From: Longimicrobiales bacterium
GTDB taxonomy: Bacteria > Gemmatimonadota > Gemmatimonadetes > Longimicrobiales > Gaopeijiaceae
Direction of reading: 5' to 3'
Length of the DNA: 64,000 bases
Assembly (NCBI GenBank): GCA_965248195.1
Contig: CBDFIQ010000002.1
Location: 2,048,001-2,112,000, forward strand
Shown one piece after another: positions 39,420 through 48,523 of the stretch. The notes beneath the pieces were generated by a model. The model saw only the letters and a list, made by a program, of their open reading frames with translations. It was not told where the DNA came from and searched no databases. Positions within the stretch are counted from its first letter, which is position 1. Each line of letters opens with the position of its first letter. The position numbers and the translations under genes are program-made.

Positions 39420-42101
39420 CTAAGCCGTTACCTCTGCGAGCGTCCGTGCCACCTCTTCAACGGTGTAGCTCTCGATCACATCGCCCACTTTGATGTCGTT
39501 GAAGTTGGCGATTCCGATCCCACACTCGAGGCCCTCGCGAACCTCTTTGACGTCGTCCTTGAAGCGCTTCAACGAAGAGACCTCCCCTTCGTATACAACA
39601 ATACCTTCCCGAATGAGCCGCACGCCCGACTTCCGGTCGACGACGCCGTCGATCACCTCGCAACCCGCGATGGTGCCGACCCTCCCGATCTTGAAGATCT
39701 CGCGAACTTCCGCTGACCCGATGATGTGCTCCTTGCGCTCCGGAGCCAGCATTCCTTCGAGCACGGAGCGTATTGCGTCGACACCCTCGTAGATCACATC
39801 GTAGACTCGGATGTCAACGCCCTCCCGCTCGGCGTTCTTGCGTGCATTCGTGTTCGGACGCACCCGGAACCCGAGAATGACCGCGCCGGAGGTCCCTGCG
39901 AGCAGCACATCCTCCTCGTTGATCGCTCCCACCGCGCGGTGAACGATCTGGACCCTCACCTCGTCGGTACCCAGGTGCTCCAGTGCGTCTGAGAACGCCT
40001 GCACCGAACCATCCACGTCTGCCTTGATAATGAGCGGTAGCGTATCCGCCGTCCCCTCCGCCACCATGCCGGAGAAGTCCCCCAGCTTAACCCCACGTTC
40101 CTTGATTCGCAGTTGCTTCTCCCGATCCAGGCGTAACCGGCTCTCGGCGATCTCGCTCGCTTTTTCGGCAGCCATGACCTGGAACGTATCTCCGGCCTGA
40201 GGAACGCCGGCCGTTCCGAGAACCTGCGCCGGGATTCCGGGCGCGGCTTGCTCCAGGTTCTTACCGCGCTCATCCAGCATCGCACGTACTCGACCCTCGA
40301 AGTTTCCGACGACGAAGGAGTCTCCTACGCGAAGTGTACCTTTCGTGACAAGGACCGTGACGACCGATCCCTTTCCGATGTCCAACTGGGACTCGACAAC
40401 GGTGCCCATGGCTTTTCGGTCGGGGTTGGCCTTCAGTTCCAACAGTTCGGCCTGGAGCAAGACCTTTTCGAGAAGCTCGTCGATCCCCTCGCCGGTCTTA
40501 GCCGAGATATCCGCGCTCAACACGTCCCCGCCGAACTCCTCTACCTGGACATCCTGCTGAAGAAGCTCCTGCTTCACCTTGAGCGCGTCCGCTGCGGGGA
40601 GGTCGCACTTGTTCACTGCTACGACCAGGGGTACGCCGGCGTTCCGAGCGTGGCTGATCGCTTCCTTGGTCTGCGGCATGACCGAATCGTCGGCGGCAAC
40701 CACGAGGATCACGATGTCGGTGATTTCTGCCCCTCGGGCCCGCATGGCCGTAAAGGCGGAGTGACCCGGAGTATCCAGGAACGTGATCATACGGCCGCCG
40801 CCCAACTCGACGTGGTAGGCACCGATGTGTTGCGTGATGCCGCCCGACTCCCCGGCCACGACATTGGACTTCCGGATCGAGTCCAGGAGAAGCGTCTTTC
40901 CGTGGTCGACGTGGCCCATCACGGTCACGACAGGCGACCGCGGTTTCAGATCGCCCTCCGCATCCTGTTCTTCAACCGTGTCTTCGTGGTGGCCGTACTC
41001 CTCCTCGCGAATCGCGGTGCACCCGAACTCATCGAGGAGCATTTCAATCTGGGGAAAATCGAGCCGCTGATTGATGGTCACCATGAGCCCGAGGTTCTTG
41101 AATGCGGAGCCGATGATCTCAGTGGAGGACACCTCGATGAGGTCGGACAACTCCGAGACGGTCAAGAATTCGTTTACACGAACGATTTTCCGCTCTCGTT
41201 CCTCCTCCTCGCGCGCCTCCTCTTCGGCAGCCTCGCGCTCCTCTTTAGAGGGTGTGGATCCCTTACGGCGCCGCTTCTTCCCTCCGCCCTTGAGCTGCGC
41301 CATCACTCGCTGGATGTTCTCCTGGACGGCACTCTGATCCACACGTTGGCGCTTCTTACCCTTCCTCTGCCGCTGGCTCCGTTGGCCATCAGGGGTGTAC
41401 CCCTCCGCCTGGACGCGGACCTGTCCAGCCGTTCCGGAGTTAGCCGCCGGCTTGGGTCGGCGAATCACCCGAGCCGTTCCCTGGGGCGTAGCCTGCCGTG
41501 CCGGCTCCGGGCGTTTCCGCGGCGGGGCTTCCGGAGCGGGTCCAGGAGATTCGGCAACGGGTGTCTCCGCTTCGGCCTCCCCTTCCACTTGGGCCTCGGG
41601 CTCCGCCTCGACAGCGAGCTCCTCCGGAGCGGCTGAGTCAGGATCAGTATCAGCATCGATATCGAGCTCCGGAGCGACCTCGTCCCCTACTACGTCCACA
41701 GCCACCGCATCCGGCTCCGATTCCACCGCCTCGGCGAAAGCCTCGTCGCTGTCAGGGCCGGTCACCGCCAACTCCTCCGTCACCTCTCCGGCCGGGTCGA
41801 CCGCCTCCACGGTTTCAGGGTCGGGGGTTTCAGGGTCGGGCTCTGAGGGCAACTCGCTCCTTCGGCGGCGGCGGCGCTTTCCAGCGGATGGCTTGGCATC
41901 CACGATGGCCGCCTCGATCGCCTCTGCGGCTTCGTCGTGTCCGCTCCGCCGCTCACGTTCGAGGCGAGCTAGAATGAGAGAGACATCACCCTCACTGATC
42001 GAAGCGTCCTTGTTTGTCGCGGAAATCCGCATGGACCGCAGGAGTTTCAGCAATACCGTTGACGAAACTCCGAGGTCGGTGGCTAGCTCTGCAACCCGCA
42101 T
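39420..42101 (-). CDS. infB: Translation initiation factor IF-2
   Basis: [28 protein letters not shown] and [12 protein letters not shown]. Confidence 0.98.
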   Translation of the reverse strand: MRVAELATDLGVSSTVLLKLLRSMRISATNKDASISEGDVSLILARLERERRSGHDEAAEAIEAAIVDAKPSAGKRRRRRRSELPSEPDPETPDPETVEAVDPAGEVTEELAVTGPDSDEAFAEAVESEPDAVAVDVVGDEVAPELDIDADTDPDSAAPEELAVEAEPEAQVEGEAEAETPVAESPGPAPEAPPRKRPEPARQATPQGTARVIRRPKPAANSGTAGQVRVQAEGYTPDGQRSQRQRKGKKRQRVDQSAVQENIQRVMAQLKGGGKKRRRKGSTPSKEEREAAEEEAREEEERERKIVRVNEFLTVSELSDLIEVSSTEIIGSAFKNLGLMVTINQRLDFPQIEMLLDEFGCTAIREEEYGHHEDTVEEQDAEGDLKPRSPVVTVMGHVDHGKTLLLDSIRKSNVVAGESGGITQHIGAYHVELGGGRMITFLDTPGHSAFTAMRARGAEITDIVILVVAADDSVMPQTKEAISHARNAGVPLVVAVNKCDLPAADALKVKQELLQQDVQVEEFGGDVLSADISAKTGEGIDELLEKVLLQAELLELKANPDRKAMGTVVESQLDIGKGSVVTVLVTKGTLRVGDSFVVGNFEGRVRAMLDERGKNLEQAAPGIPAQVLGTAGVPQAGDTFQVMAAEKASEIAESRLRLDREKQLRIKERGVKLGDFSGMVAEGTADTLPLIIKADVDGSVQAFSDALEHLGTDEVRVQIVHRAVGAINEEDVLLAGTSGAVILGFRVRPNTNARKNAEREGVDIRVYDVIYEGVDAIRSVLEGMLAPERKEHIIGSAEVREIFKIGRVGTIAGCEVIDGVVDRKSGVRLIREGIVVYEGEVSSLKRFKDDVKEVREGLECGIGIANFNDIKVGDVIESYTVEEVARTLAEVTA

Positions 42102-42109
42102 CTGTCGGT

Positions 42110-42445
42110 TTACCTCCGCGTCCCTTTCTCGACTGGAATTCCCGGCTTGACGCCGAGCAGGGCCACCAACTCCTTCGCGAATTCCCTATCCGTGACAGCC
42201 ACTGCGGAAACGGGCGCCGATCCCACGGCCGAGCCCAACGCCTCACGTGTCCCGAGGGTCGCGCGAGGCGTCCTCACGTGACGGAGAAGCTTCATCACCT
42301 TTTCTCGTTGCGTCTCGGAGGCGTCTTGAGCGAACAGGATCAGCCGAGCACGGCCCTCCTTGAGCGCCCGCCTCGTTGACCCGGTCCCAAAAGCGAGCGC
42401 CCCGGCACGACGAGCCATCCCTAGAAGAGCCACAGGATCACCCAT
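42110..42445 (-). CDS. L7Ae/L30e-family RNA-binding protein (YlxQ-like)
   Basis: LLGMARRAG-L--G, A-DAS, LG-AVG and VAVTD--FA; located between nusA and infB. Confidence 0.88.
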   Translation of the reverse strand: MGDPVALLGMARRAGALAFGTGSTRRALKEGRARLILFAQDASETQREKVMKLLRHVRTPRATLGTREALGSAVGSAPVSAVAVTDREFAKELVALLGVKPGIPVEKGTRR

Positions 42446-44117
42446 GCGCCTCATTCTCGTCCTCTGAGGTGTCGGCTCCCTGGTCTTCAGTGTCCCCTCC
42501 TACCCGTGCCTCGGCCTCGCCCTGGATCTCCCCGTCTCCCGGATCTTCCCCGCCCTCCGCGGCAGCGTCAGCGTCCTCAGTGGCGGTGTGCTTGGCCTCA
42601 GTGGCGGTGTCCTCGGCCTCTGGAGCGGTGTCCTCGACCTCAGTGGCGGTGTCCTCGGCCTCAGTGGCGTGGTCCTCGGCCTCTGGAGCGGTGTCCTCGA
42701 CCTCCGGGGCGGTCTCCTCGACCTCAGTGGCGGTGTCCTCGGCCTCTGGAGCGGTGTCCTCGACCTCCGGGGCGGTGTCCTCGACCTCAGTGGCGGTGTC
42801 CCCTGCCACCACGGCGAGGTCATCGGCGACGACCGTCAACTCATCGATCAACTTCAGCAATAGCTCGGTCTCCGTTTCCCCGAGGCCCTCGATGGCCAAG
42901 AACTCGGCACGGTCGAATTCGATAATTTGCAAGAACGTACTATATCCAGCACCCTCGAGGGCACCGAGAGTCTCCGCCGTCAGCTCGAGTTCGGCGAGCG
43001 CGAAGTCGGACGTCTCGTAGACATCGTCGTCCGATTTCCGCTTGAACAAGGACAAGTCGGCGCCGAGCTCCAGCCACTCGCGGGATCCGTAAAGATCGAT
43101 CTGCCATCCGATCAGCTGCGAAGCGAGCCTGACGTTTTGTCCGTTCCGGCCGATGGCCAGAGATAGCTGATCCTCGTCAACGATCGCCGTGATCACCTGG
43201 CGTTCCTGATCGCTCATCACTTTCGAGACCCGAGCAGGCGCGAGGGCCCGCCGCGCAAAGACCTCTGGCTCGGCATGCCACGGAACGATGTCGATGCGCT
43301 CCCCGCCCAACTCCTGAACTACAGCCTGGACCCTCGAACCCCGCAAACCGACACAGGCGCCGACCGGATCGATCGACTCGTCACGGCTGTAGACGGCAAT
43401 CTTGGTTCTGCCGCCGACTTCGCGCGCGATTTCCTTGATGTCGACGATACCCTGATGGATCTCCGGCACCTCGAGATAGAAGAGCGCGCCCACGAAGATC
43501 GGGGCCGCCCTCGACAGGACCAGCCGGGGTCCCTTGGGCGTCTCTTCCACCTTCTTGAGGACAGATCGGATGGGATCGCCTTGCCTGAACCGCTCGCGAG
43601 GATTCTGATCCTTCCATGGAATGACAGCGTCGGCATCGGGGGAGCGGTTGAGCATCACCACAATTTTGCCTCTCTCGATCTGCTGGACTTCGCCCGACAA
43701 GAGCTCGCCCACACGATCGGCGTATTCGTCGCGAATCCGGTCGCGTTCGTTCTCGCGGACCCGCTGCACGATGCGTTGCTTCACCGCCATCACCGCGTTT
43801 CGGCCGAAATCTTCAAAGTCGACCGGAATTTCCATCACGTCCCCGACCTCGAAACCCTCATCGTCCCAACGGGCCTCTTCGAGGCCGATCTCCGACGACG
43901 GATCCTCGACCTCTTCCACCACACGGCGGAGTACCAGAATGCCCAAGCCACCCGTGAGGTCATCAATCGTGATCTCGGCCTGCACATTGGGGCCATGTAT
44001 CCGAGCCAAGCCTGCCATGATGCCATCCCTGAGGAGGTCGTTCACCTCCTCGGGCGACAGACTCTTCGTAGTAGCGACGTCGTTGAACGCAGCAATAATT
44101 TGGCCAGCATCGATCAT
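42438..44117 (-). CDS. nusA: Transcription termination/antitermination factor NusA with acidic repeat tail
   Basis: FGR----VKQ, S1 domain, LEVPEI, RTKIAV, DPVGACVG-RG-R, ERIDI and LAIGRNGQNVRLAS. Confidence 0.97.
   Translation of the reverse strand: MIDAGQIIAAFNDVATTKSLSPEEVNDLLRDGIMAGLARIHGPNVQAEITIDDLTGGLGILVLRRVVEEVEDPSSEIGLEEARWDDEGFEVGDVMEIPVDFEDFGRNAVMAVKQRIVQRVRENERDRIRDEYADRVGELLSGEVQQIERGKIVVMLNRSPDADAVIPWKDQNPRERFRQGDPIRSVLKKVEETPKGPRLVLSRAAPIFVGALFYLEVPEIHQGIVDIKEIAREVGGRTKIAVYSRDESIDPVGACVGLRGSRVQAVVQELGGERIDIVPWHAEPEVFARRALAPARVSKVMSDQERQVITAIVDEDQLSLAIGRNGQNVRLASQLIGWQIDLYGSREWLELGADLSLFKRKSDDDVYETSDFALAELELTAETLGALEGAGYSTFLQIIEFDRAEFLAIEGLGETETELLLKLIDELTVVADDLAVVAGDTATEVEDTAPEVEDTAPEAEDTATEVEETAPEVEDTAPEAEDHATEAEDTATEVEDTAPEAEDTATEAKHTATEDADAAAEGGEDPGDGEIQGEAEARVGGDTEDQGADTSEDENEAHG
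42575..42802. repeat. Eleven tandem 21-bp repeats encoding the heptapeptide EDTA[T/P]E[V/A] in the NusA tail
   Basis: Units begin at 42575 with exact 21-bp spacing; consensus CCTCAGTGGCGGTGTCCTCG(G/A) with CTCTGGAGCG and CTCCGGGGCG variants. Confidence 0.95.
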
Positions 44118-44138
44118 AATGTCCTCAGCCCTGAGCGC

Positions 44139-44624
44139 TCACTTCCATTTGAACAGAAGGCGGGCTCCCTTGATATCCGTAATGGGCACACCCACCTCTG
44201 CACCATCTCCAAGCCGAAGTCGAACCGTCGGTTCCGGCTCCGAGTCCAACCCCAACAACTCGGCCTCGAGCCGGGAGGAGCGCTCCGCGAGCACGCCGTA
44301 ACCCACAACGACGACCGACTCGCCCGCAAATCGCTCCCAATCCTGCAGCCGCGTCAGAGGCCGTTCGACACCCGGCGACGAGACCTCCAACACATACCGT
44401 TCCGGTATCTCGTCATGCTCGTCCAGCCAACACTCCAACGCCCGGCTCACACGGGCGCAATCGTCCAGAGTCACCGGCGGGTCACCCATCGGACTCCGCT
44501 CAATACGGAGCCGAATGACCGGCCGCTTCCCGCTACCTGCCCAGTCCATCGAAAGGAGATCGATCCCTAGATCCAGGAGGCGGTCCTCTGCCTCACGCCT
44601 AATCTCCGGCCACGCTGGAGCCAT
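44139..44624 (-). CDS. rimP: Ribosome maturation factor RimP
   Basis: TLDDC--VSR and Y-LEVSSPG-ERPL; start at ATG 44624 with GGAGGG RBS. Confidence 0.94.
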   Translation of the reverse strand: MAPAWPEIRREAEDRLLDLGIDLLSMDWAGSGKRPVIRLRIERSPMGDPPVTLDDCARVSRALECWLDEHDEIPERYVLEVSSPGVERPLTRLQDWERFAGESVVVVGYGVLAERSSRLEAELLGLDSEPEPTVRLRLGDGAEVGVPITDIKGARLLFKWK

Positions 44625-44663
44625 GCTCCCCTCCACCCGGGGATCGACATAAACCCCCCGAGA

Positions 44664-44696
44664 ACAAAAAAGCGGGGGCGAACAACTCCCCCACTT
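44664..44696 (-). promoter_or_regulatory. rimP leader terminator/attenuator hairpin
   Basis: AAGTGGGGG-AGTTGTTCG-CCCCCGCTT-TTTTGT in the 5' leader of rimP. Confidence 0.75.
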
Positions 44697-44735
44697 ACAA
44701 AATCGCCGCCCCTTGGGGCGGCCCAGACAGGCTGC

Positions 44736-44764
44736 AACATAGCCGCAACGTCTTTCCTTTTCAA
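44736..44764 (-). promoter_or_regulatory. Putative sigma70-type promoter of the rimP-nusA-infB operon
   Basis: TTGAAA-17 nt-TATGTT on the minus strand. Confidence 0.6.
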
Positions 44765-44824
44765 GACTTCCGCGGTTCCTGAAGCGGAGTCCTCGGGCGC
44801 TCATGGGTCCTCCGCGTCTTCGGT

Positions 44825-45193
44825 CTAGGAATCTGCGGAGTCCCCCCCGTCCGTGCCTACCTTTCGCTCGATATCCGTGACCCGGATGTCGAGCCGCTCC
44901 AGCACCTCCTTGAGGGCGTCGAGCTCCTTCTGCTTGACGAAATCGAGCGCGTCACGAGCTTCCCCGGCTTTTTCTTGCGCCTTCTCGAGCGTGCTCCGCA
45001 TCACCTCTTTCGCCCGTTCCGGGGTCAGATCCCCACGCTCCTTCGCCTCCTTCAGGGTTTCTTCAATGGCATCCTTCATCGCCGCAAGCATGCCGAGCCC
45101 CTGGCGAATCCCGCTTTTGATGCCCTCGCGTCGTCCTTCCTCCTTCGGTTCTGTCTCACCGTTCGAGCCATTCTCTTCCTCAGACATCGCCAT
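44825..45193 (-). CDS. Phasin-like (PhaF/PhaI-type) coiled-coil protein
   Basis: GLG------D-IE----E--ERG-LT-E-AK, followed by ELDALK--LERL---V. Confidence 0.6.
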   Translation of the reverse strand: MAMSEEENGSNGETEPKEEGRREGIKSGIRQGLGMLAAMKDAIEETLKEAKERGDLTPERAKEVMRSTLEKAQEKAGEARDALDFVKQKELDALKEVLERLDIRVTDIERKVGTDGGDSADS

Positions 45194-45243
45194 TCCCTTT
45201 GCTGTTTGCCCGCGAAACAAGCCGTCGCGGAAAAGGTGATCAT

Positions 45244-46542
45244 CTACGGGGCATCCTGGTGCGGGGCATCCTGGCGCTCGATGCGGGCACCCAGCGCCCT
45301 CAGCCGCTCGTCGATCCTTTCATAGCCGCGCTCGATTTGTGTGACGTTTTGGATGCGGCTGGTCCCCTGGGCCCCCAAGGCGGCGATCAGCATCGCCATT
45401 CCCGCGCGGATGTCCGGACTCTCCAGCACCGTACCCTGGAGCACCGAGGGCCCGACCACAACCGCCCTATGGGGATCACAAAGGATGATCCGCGCCCCCA
45501 TTCCGACCAACTTGTCCGTGAAGTACATTCGGGATTCGAACATTTTTTCGTGAACCAGGACCGTGCCTGTGCACTGCGTGGCGGTCACCACCGCAATCGA
45601 CGTCAAATCCGCGGGGAACGCGGGCCAGGGTCCGTCATCGATCTTGGGCACAGCGCCGAAGGCGTCACTCGCCACCTGGCACGTGCGATCCCCGTGAACG
45701 GTAAGGGTATCCCCATCAACAGTCACCTCGACCCCGAGTCTCCTGAAGCCCAAAAGGGTCGAATCGAGGTGCTCGACGGGAGCGCCTTCCACCACGATTT
45801 CGCTCCCCGTTACCGCGGCGAGGCCCACGAAGGACCCGGCTTCGACGTGGTCAGAACCCACCGCAAACGTGGCGCCTCCGAGCTCGGGCACGCCTGAGAT
45901 ATGAAGGTGGTTGGTACCAATTCCCTCGATTCGGGCACCCATCGCATTGAGGAGACGGCATAGATCCTGGACGTGCGGCTCCGAAGCGGAGTTTCGGATC
46001 GAGGACTCTCCCTTGGCGAGGACAGCGGCCATGATGGCGTTCTCCGTGGCCGTGACCGAGGGCTCATCCAAGAAGAAGTCTGCCCCCCTGAGGTCCCGCG
46101 CCTCGATCTCGAACCCGCCGGCCAACCGAACGGTGGCTCCGAGTGCCTCGAACGCCAGGAAATGGGTATCCATTCGGCGACGCCCGATGACGTCGCCCCC
46201 AGGAGGCGGAAGGTCGACCCTTCCGAAACGAGCCAGCAGTGGACCGGCCAAGAGGAGTGATGCCCGAATTCGTTCAGTCAGCGCCCGGTCCACGCTCCCC
46301 GTAGAGACCGAAGAGGCATCGATCGTTACGGCGTTCCCGTCATCCCAGCGAACATCAGCACCGAGGGACGTGACGATTTGCAAAAGGGTCTCGACATCGC
46401 CTATCCTGGGGATGTTCTGGAGCGTGACGGGCTCCGACGCCATAACGGTCGCCGCGATGGCGGGGAGGGCAGCGTTCTTGTTCCCCGCCGGCCTGATCCT
46501 TCCGCTCAGCGAGTGTCCGCCTTCTACGATGTAACTGGGCAT
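45244..46542 (-). CDS. murA: UDP-N-acetylglucosamine 1-carboxyvinyltransferase (active-site Asp variant)
   Basis: G-KNAALP, RAS---GPLLAR, PPGGDVIG-R, SV-ATEN, P-FP-DL and DIRAG. Confidence 0.96.
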   Translation of the reverse strand: MPSYIVEGGHSLSGRIRPAGNKNAALPAIAATVMASEPVTLQNIPRIGDVETLLQIVTSLGADVRWDDGNAVTIDASSVSTGSVDRALTERIRASLLLAGPLLARFGRVDLPPPGGDVIGRRRMDTHFLAFEALGATVRLAGGFEIEARDLRGADFFLDEPSVTATENAIMAAVLAKGESSIRNSASEPHVQDLCRLLNAMGARIEGIGTNHLHISGVPELGGATFAVGSDHVEAGSFVGLAAVTGSEIVVEGAPVEHLDSTLLGFRRLGVEVTVDGDTLTVHGDRTCQVASDAFGAVPKIDDGPWPAFPADLTSIAVVTATQCTGTVLVHEKMFESRMYFTDKLVGMGARIILCDPHRAVVVGPSVLQGTVLESPDIRAGMAMLIAALGAQGTSRIQNVTQIERGYERIDERLRALGARIERQDAPHQDAP

Positions 46543-46815
46543 AACCTCCCTACCGTTTCTCGAGCCCTGTCCCCGCTATGTCGTGCCACCTCAACCTCAT
46601 GCTCATGGTCACACCGCTAACGACGGACGCCAACATATTCACCTCTACCCGAGCACAGCAACAATCGCGCCGGGACCGGGGCGGCCACCTTGACACCACG
46701 TGCGAGCCCGGCCTAGTCTGGTAAAGCGCGGGATCGGCAACTGTGGTGAGCACTTGAATGATCTCACAAATAATTATGTTGCATTCTTTTACTGGTTTTA
46801 TCTAAAGTCAATTAT

Positions 46816-46950
46816 CACCTCCTCATCGCCGCTCTCAACGCCCCCGACGAACTCGACTCGATCCTGGCAGGCTAACTCGAGTTTGGGGTACGGCGTACGG
46901 GAGGCTACCGTGATCCACTCGGAGGGGATGGGCCGAGTGCTCTCCCCTAA
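46816..46950 (+). pseudogene. Degraded fragment of a PII-like (GlnB-superfamily) gene
   Basis: Reconstructed HLLIAALNAPDELDSILAG*LEFGVR/EATVIHSEGMGRVLSPK; in-frame TAA at 46873-46875 and a 7-bp insertion at 46894-46900 that duplicates GTACGG and shifts the frame. Confidence 0.6.
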
Positions 46951-46994
46951 ACGAGGGACTAGAACATCGGACTCATGAGCTTTTACATTTCGGG

Positions 46995-47576
46995 ATGAGG
47001 ACTCATTTGCTTTCGGTTTCGGTCATACCACTACAGCAAGCGGCAGCGGGCACCGCCGCGACGCCTATACAGGTCGCGGCGGAAATCTCGACAGTCGTGA
47101 TCGCCGTGGCAGTGGTGTTCCTCTTGGTGGTCGCCCTCGCTTTGGTCCTGCAGGTGAAGAAGCTCCTCAAGTCGCTCCAGCAAAACGTCCAGCCGGTGAC
47201 AGATCGCGCACGCGTAGCGGCCGAGAACGTGGAGTACATCTCCGCCGTTGTACGAGAGGACGTGCAGAGGGTCCGAACATCGGTATCCGGTTTGTCCGAT
47301 CGTCTCAAAAAGGCCTCCGACCGAATGGAGGAGCGCGTTGAGGAGTTCAACGCACTCATGGACGTGGTCCAGGATGAGGCCGAATCGGTTCTGCTCGATA
47401 CGGCTGCTGTCGTACGCGGCGTTCGGGCCGGAGCCCAGACCGTGGGCGAGGGTGTGGCCGGAGCCACCCCCGAGGGAGACGCCCAGGGGTCGACGCCCCT
47501 CGATGATGAGGACGACTCCGAGGTCGACGATGAGGTGGATGAGGCGATGGCCCGGGAAGCCCCCGAAGGGGCGTGA
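46995..47576 (+). CDS. DUF948/YtxG-like membrane-anchored coiled-coil protein
   Basis: Single TM followed by an amphipathic helix and an acidic tail. Confidence 0.7.
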   Translation: MRTHLLSVSVIPLQQAAAGTAATPIQVAAEISTVVIAVAVVFLLVVALALVLQVKKLLKSLQQNVQPVTDRARVAAENVEYISAVVREDVQRVRTSVSGLSDRLKKASDRMEERVEEFNALMDVVQDEAESVLLDTAAVVRGVRAGAQTVGEGVAGATPEGDAQGSTPLDDEDDSEVDDEVDEAMAREAPEGA

Positions 47577-48523
47577 AAACCGCCGCCGCCCTCGGGGTAG
47601 CTTTGGCGTGGATCCTCTTACGGCCGGAGCCGCTTTGGGCGTGGGGTCCAGGGACGCATATCGCTTTGGGCGAGGGCGTGCTGGCTTCGCTCTACCTGCT
47701 CCCTCCGGCCATCCGTGCGATCATCAAATCCCATCCCCTTCATTTCCTCTACGGCTCGATCGCAGCGGACATCTCCTTCGCCAAGAAGTATGTGCCCGAC
47801 GGGAGGCACTGCCACCATTGGCACATGGGTGAAGAGATCCTGGCCGCCGCCGACACCCCGAGACTCAGCGCAGTCGGCTACGGGTACCTCGCGCACTTGG
47901 CAGCGGACACGGTGGCTCACAATCTCTTCGTTCCACGCCAACTCCTGATCACGAGCACGACCCAGGCGCTCGGCCATACGTACTGGGAACACCGGATGGA
48001 CATCCATGTCGGTGAGAAGTATCTGACGAAGGCCAGGCACCTCGTCATGGAAAACGATCACTCCGAGGCGGATGCACTCTTCGACAGGGTTCTGAGCAAC
48101 ACACTTTTCAGCTTCCGAACGAACCAGCGAATCTTCCGGGGGATGATTCGGTTCAGCGACAACGACCGTTGGAGACAGGTCTTCGACCAGGTGCTCCAAC
48201 GATCTCGGTTCGATTTGCCTCCCCCGCTCGTATCGTCCTACCACGCGCTCTCTTTCGAGTACGTCATCGCCTACCTGATTGCGGGCGCCGACTCACAACC
48301 GGCCAATCTCGACCCGATCGGAGAGTTGAACCTGAAGCTGGCCAAGAAAGTCCGGCGCCTCGCTCTTGCTCGAGGGGGTGCAAACGACCCGGCCCACCTT
48401 CATGCCAACGCCGACGAGTTCTTCCCCGTACCCGGTGACGACCTCGTTTTCTGGCCTCGTCGGGACAAGGCCGACGCCCTTATTCGTCCAAGCGAGCTCG
48501 AAGCAACGCCGATAGTGCCTTAG
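47573..48523 (+). CDS. Zinc-dependent phospholipase C / P1-S1 nuclease superfamily protein, exported
   Basis: Signal peptide then WA|WGPGTH; G---AD, H-H-W, GYLAHLAAD-VAHN and H-YWE. Confidence 0.85.
   Translation: MKTAAALGVALAWILLRPEPLWAWGPGTHIALGEGVLASLYLLPPAIRAIIKSHPLHFLYGSIAADISFAKKYVPDGRHCHHWHMGEEILAAADTPRLSAVGYGYLAHLAADTVAHNLFVPRQLLITSTTQALGHTYWEHRMDIHVGEKYLTKARHLVMENDHSEADALFDRVLSNTLFSFRTNQRIFRGMIRFSDNDRWRQVFDQVLQRSRFDLPPPLVSSYHALSFEYVIAYLIAGADSQPANLDPIGELNLKLAKKVRRLALARGGANDPAHLHANADEFFPVPGDDLVFWPRRDKADALIRPSELEATPIVP

Noticed and set aside
42575..42802. Regular repeat array resembling a CRISPR
   Set aside because: The units are contiguous with no unique spacers, are a multiple of 3, lie in frame within nusA, and no cas genes are present.
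40248..44570. Long plus-strand ORFs (462 aa and 431 aa), and similar ones at 8572-9738, 27874-28962, 30836-31918 and 55019-56122
   Set aside because: They are antisense shadows of well-supported genes, expected from high-GC codon bias, and show no recognisable motifs.
46700..46978. 92-aa ORF as an intact gene
   Set aside because: Only its last ~25 codons resemble a protein family, and these are explained by the frameshifted PII-like relic. The rest crosses AT-rich non-coding sequence.
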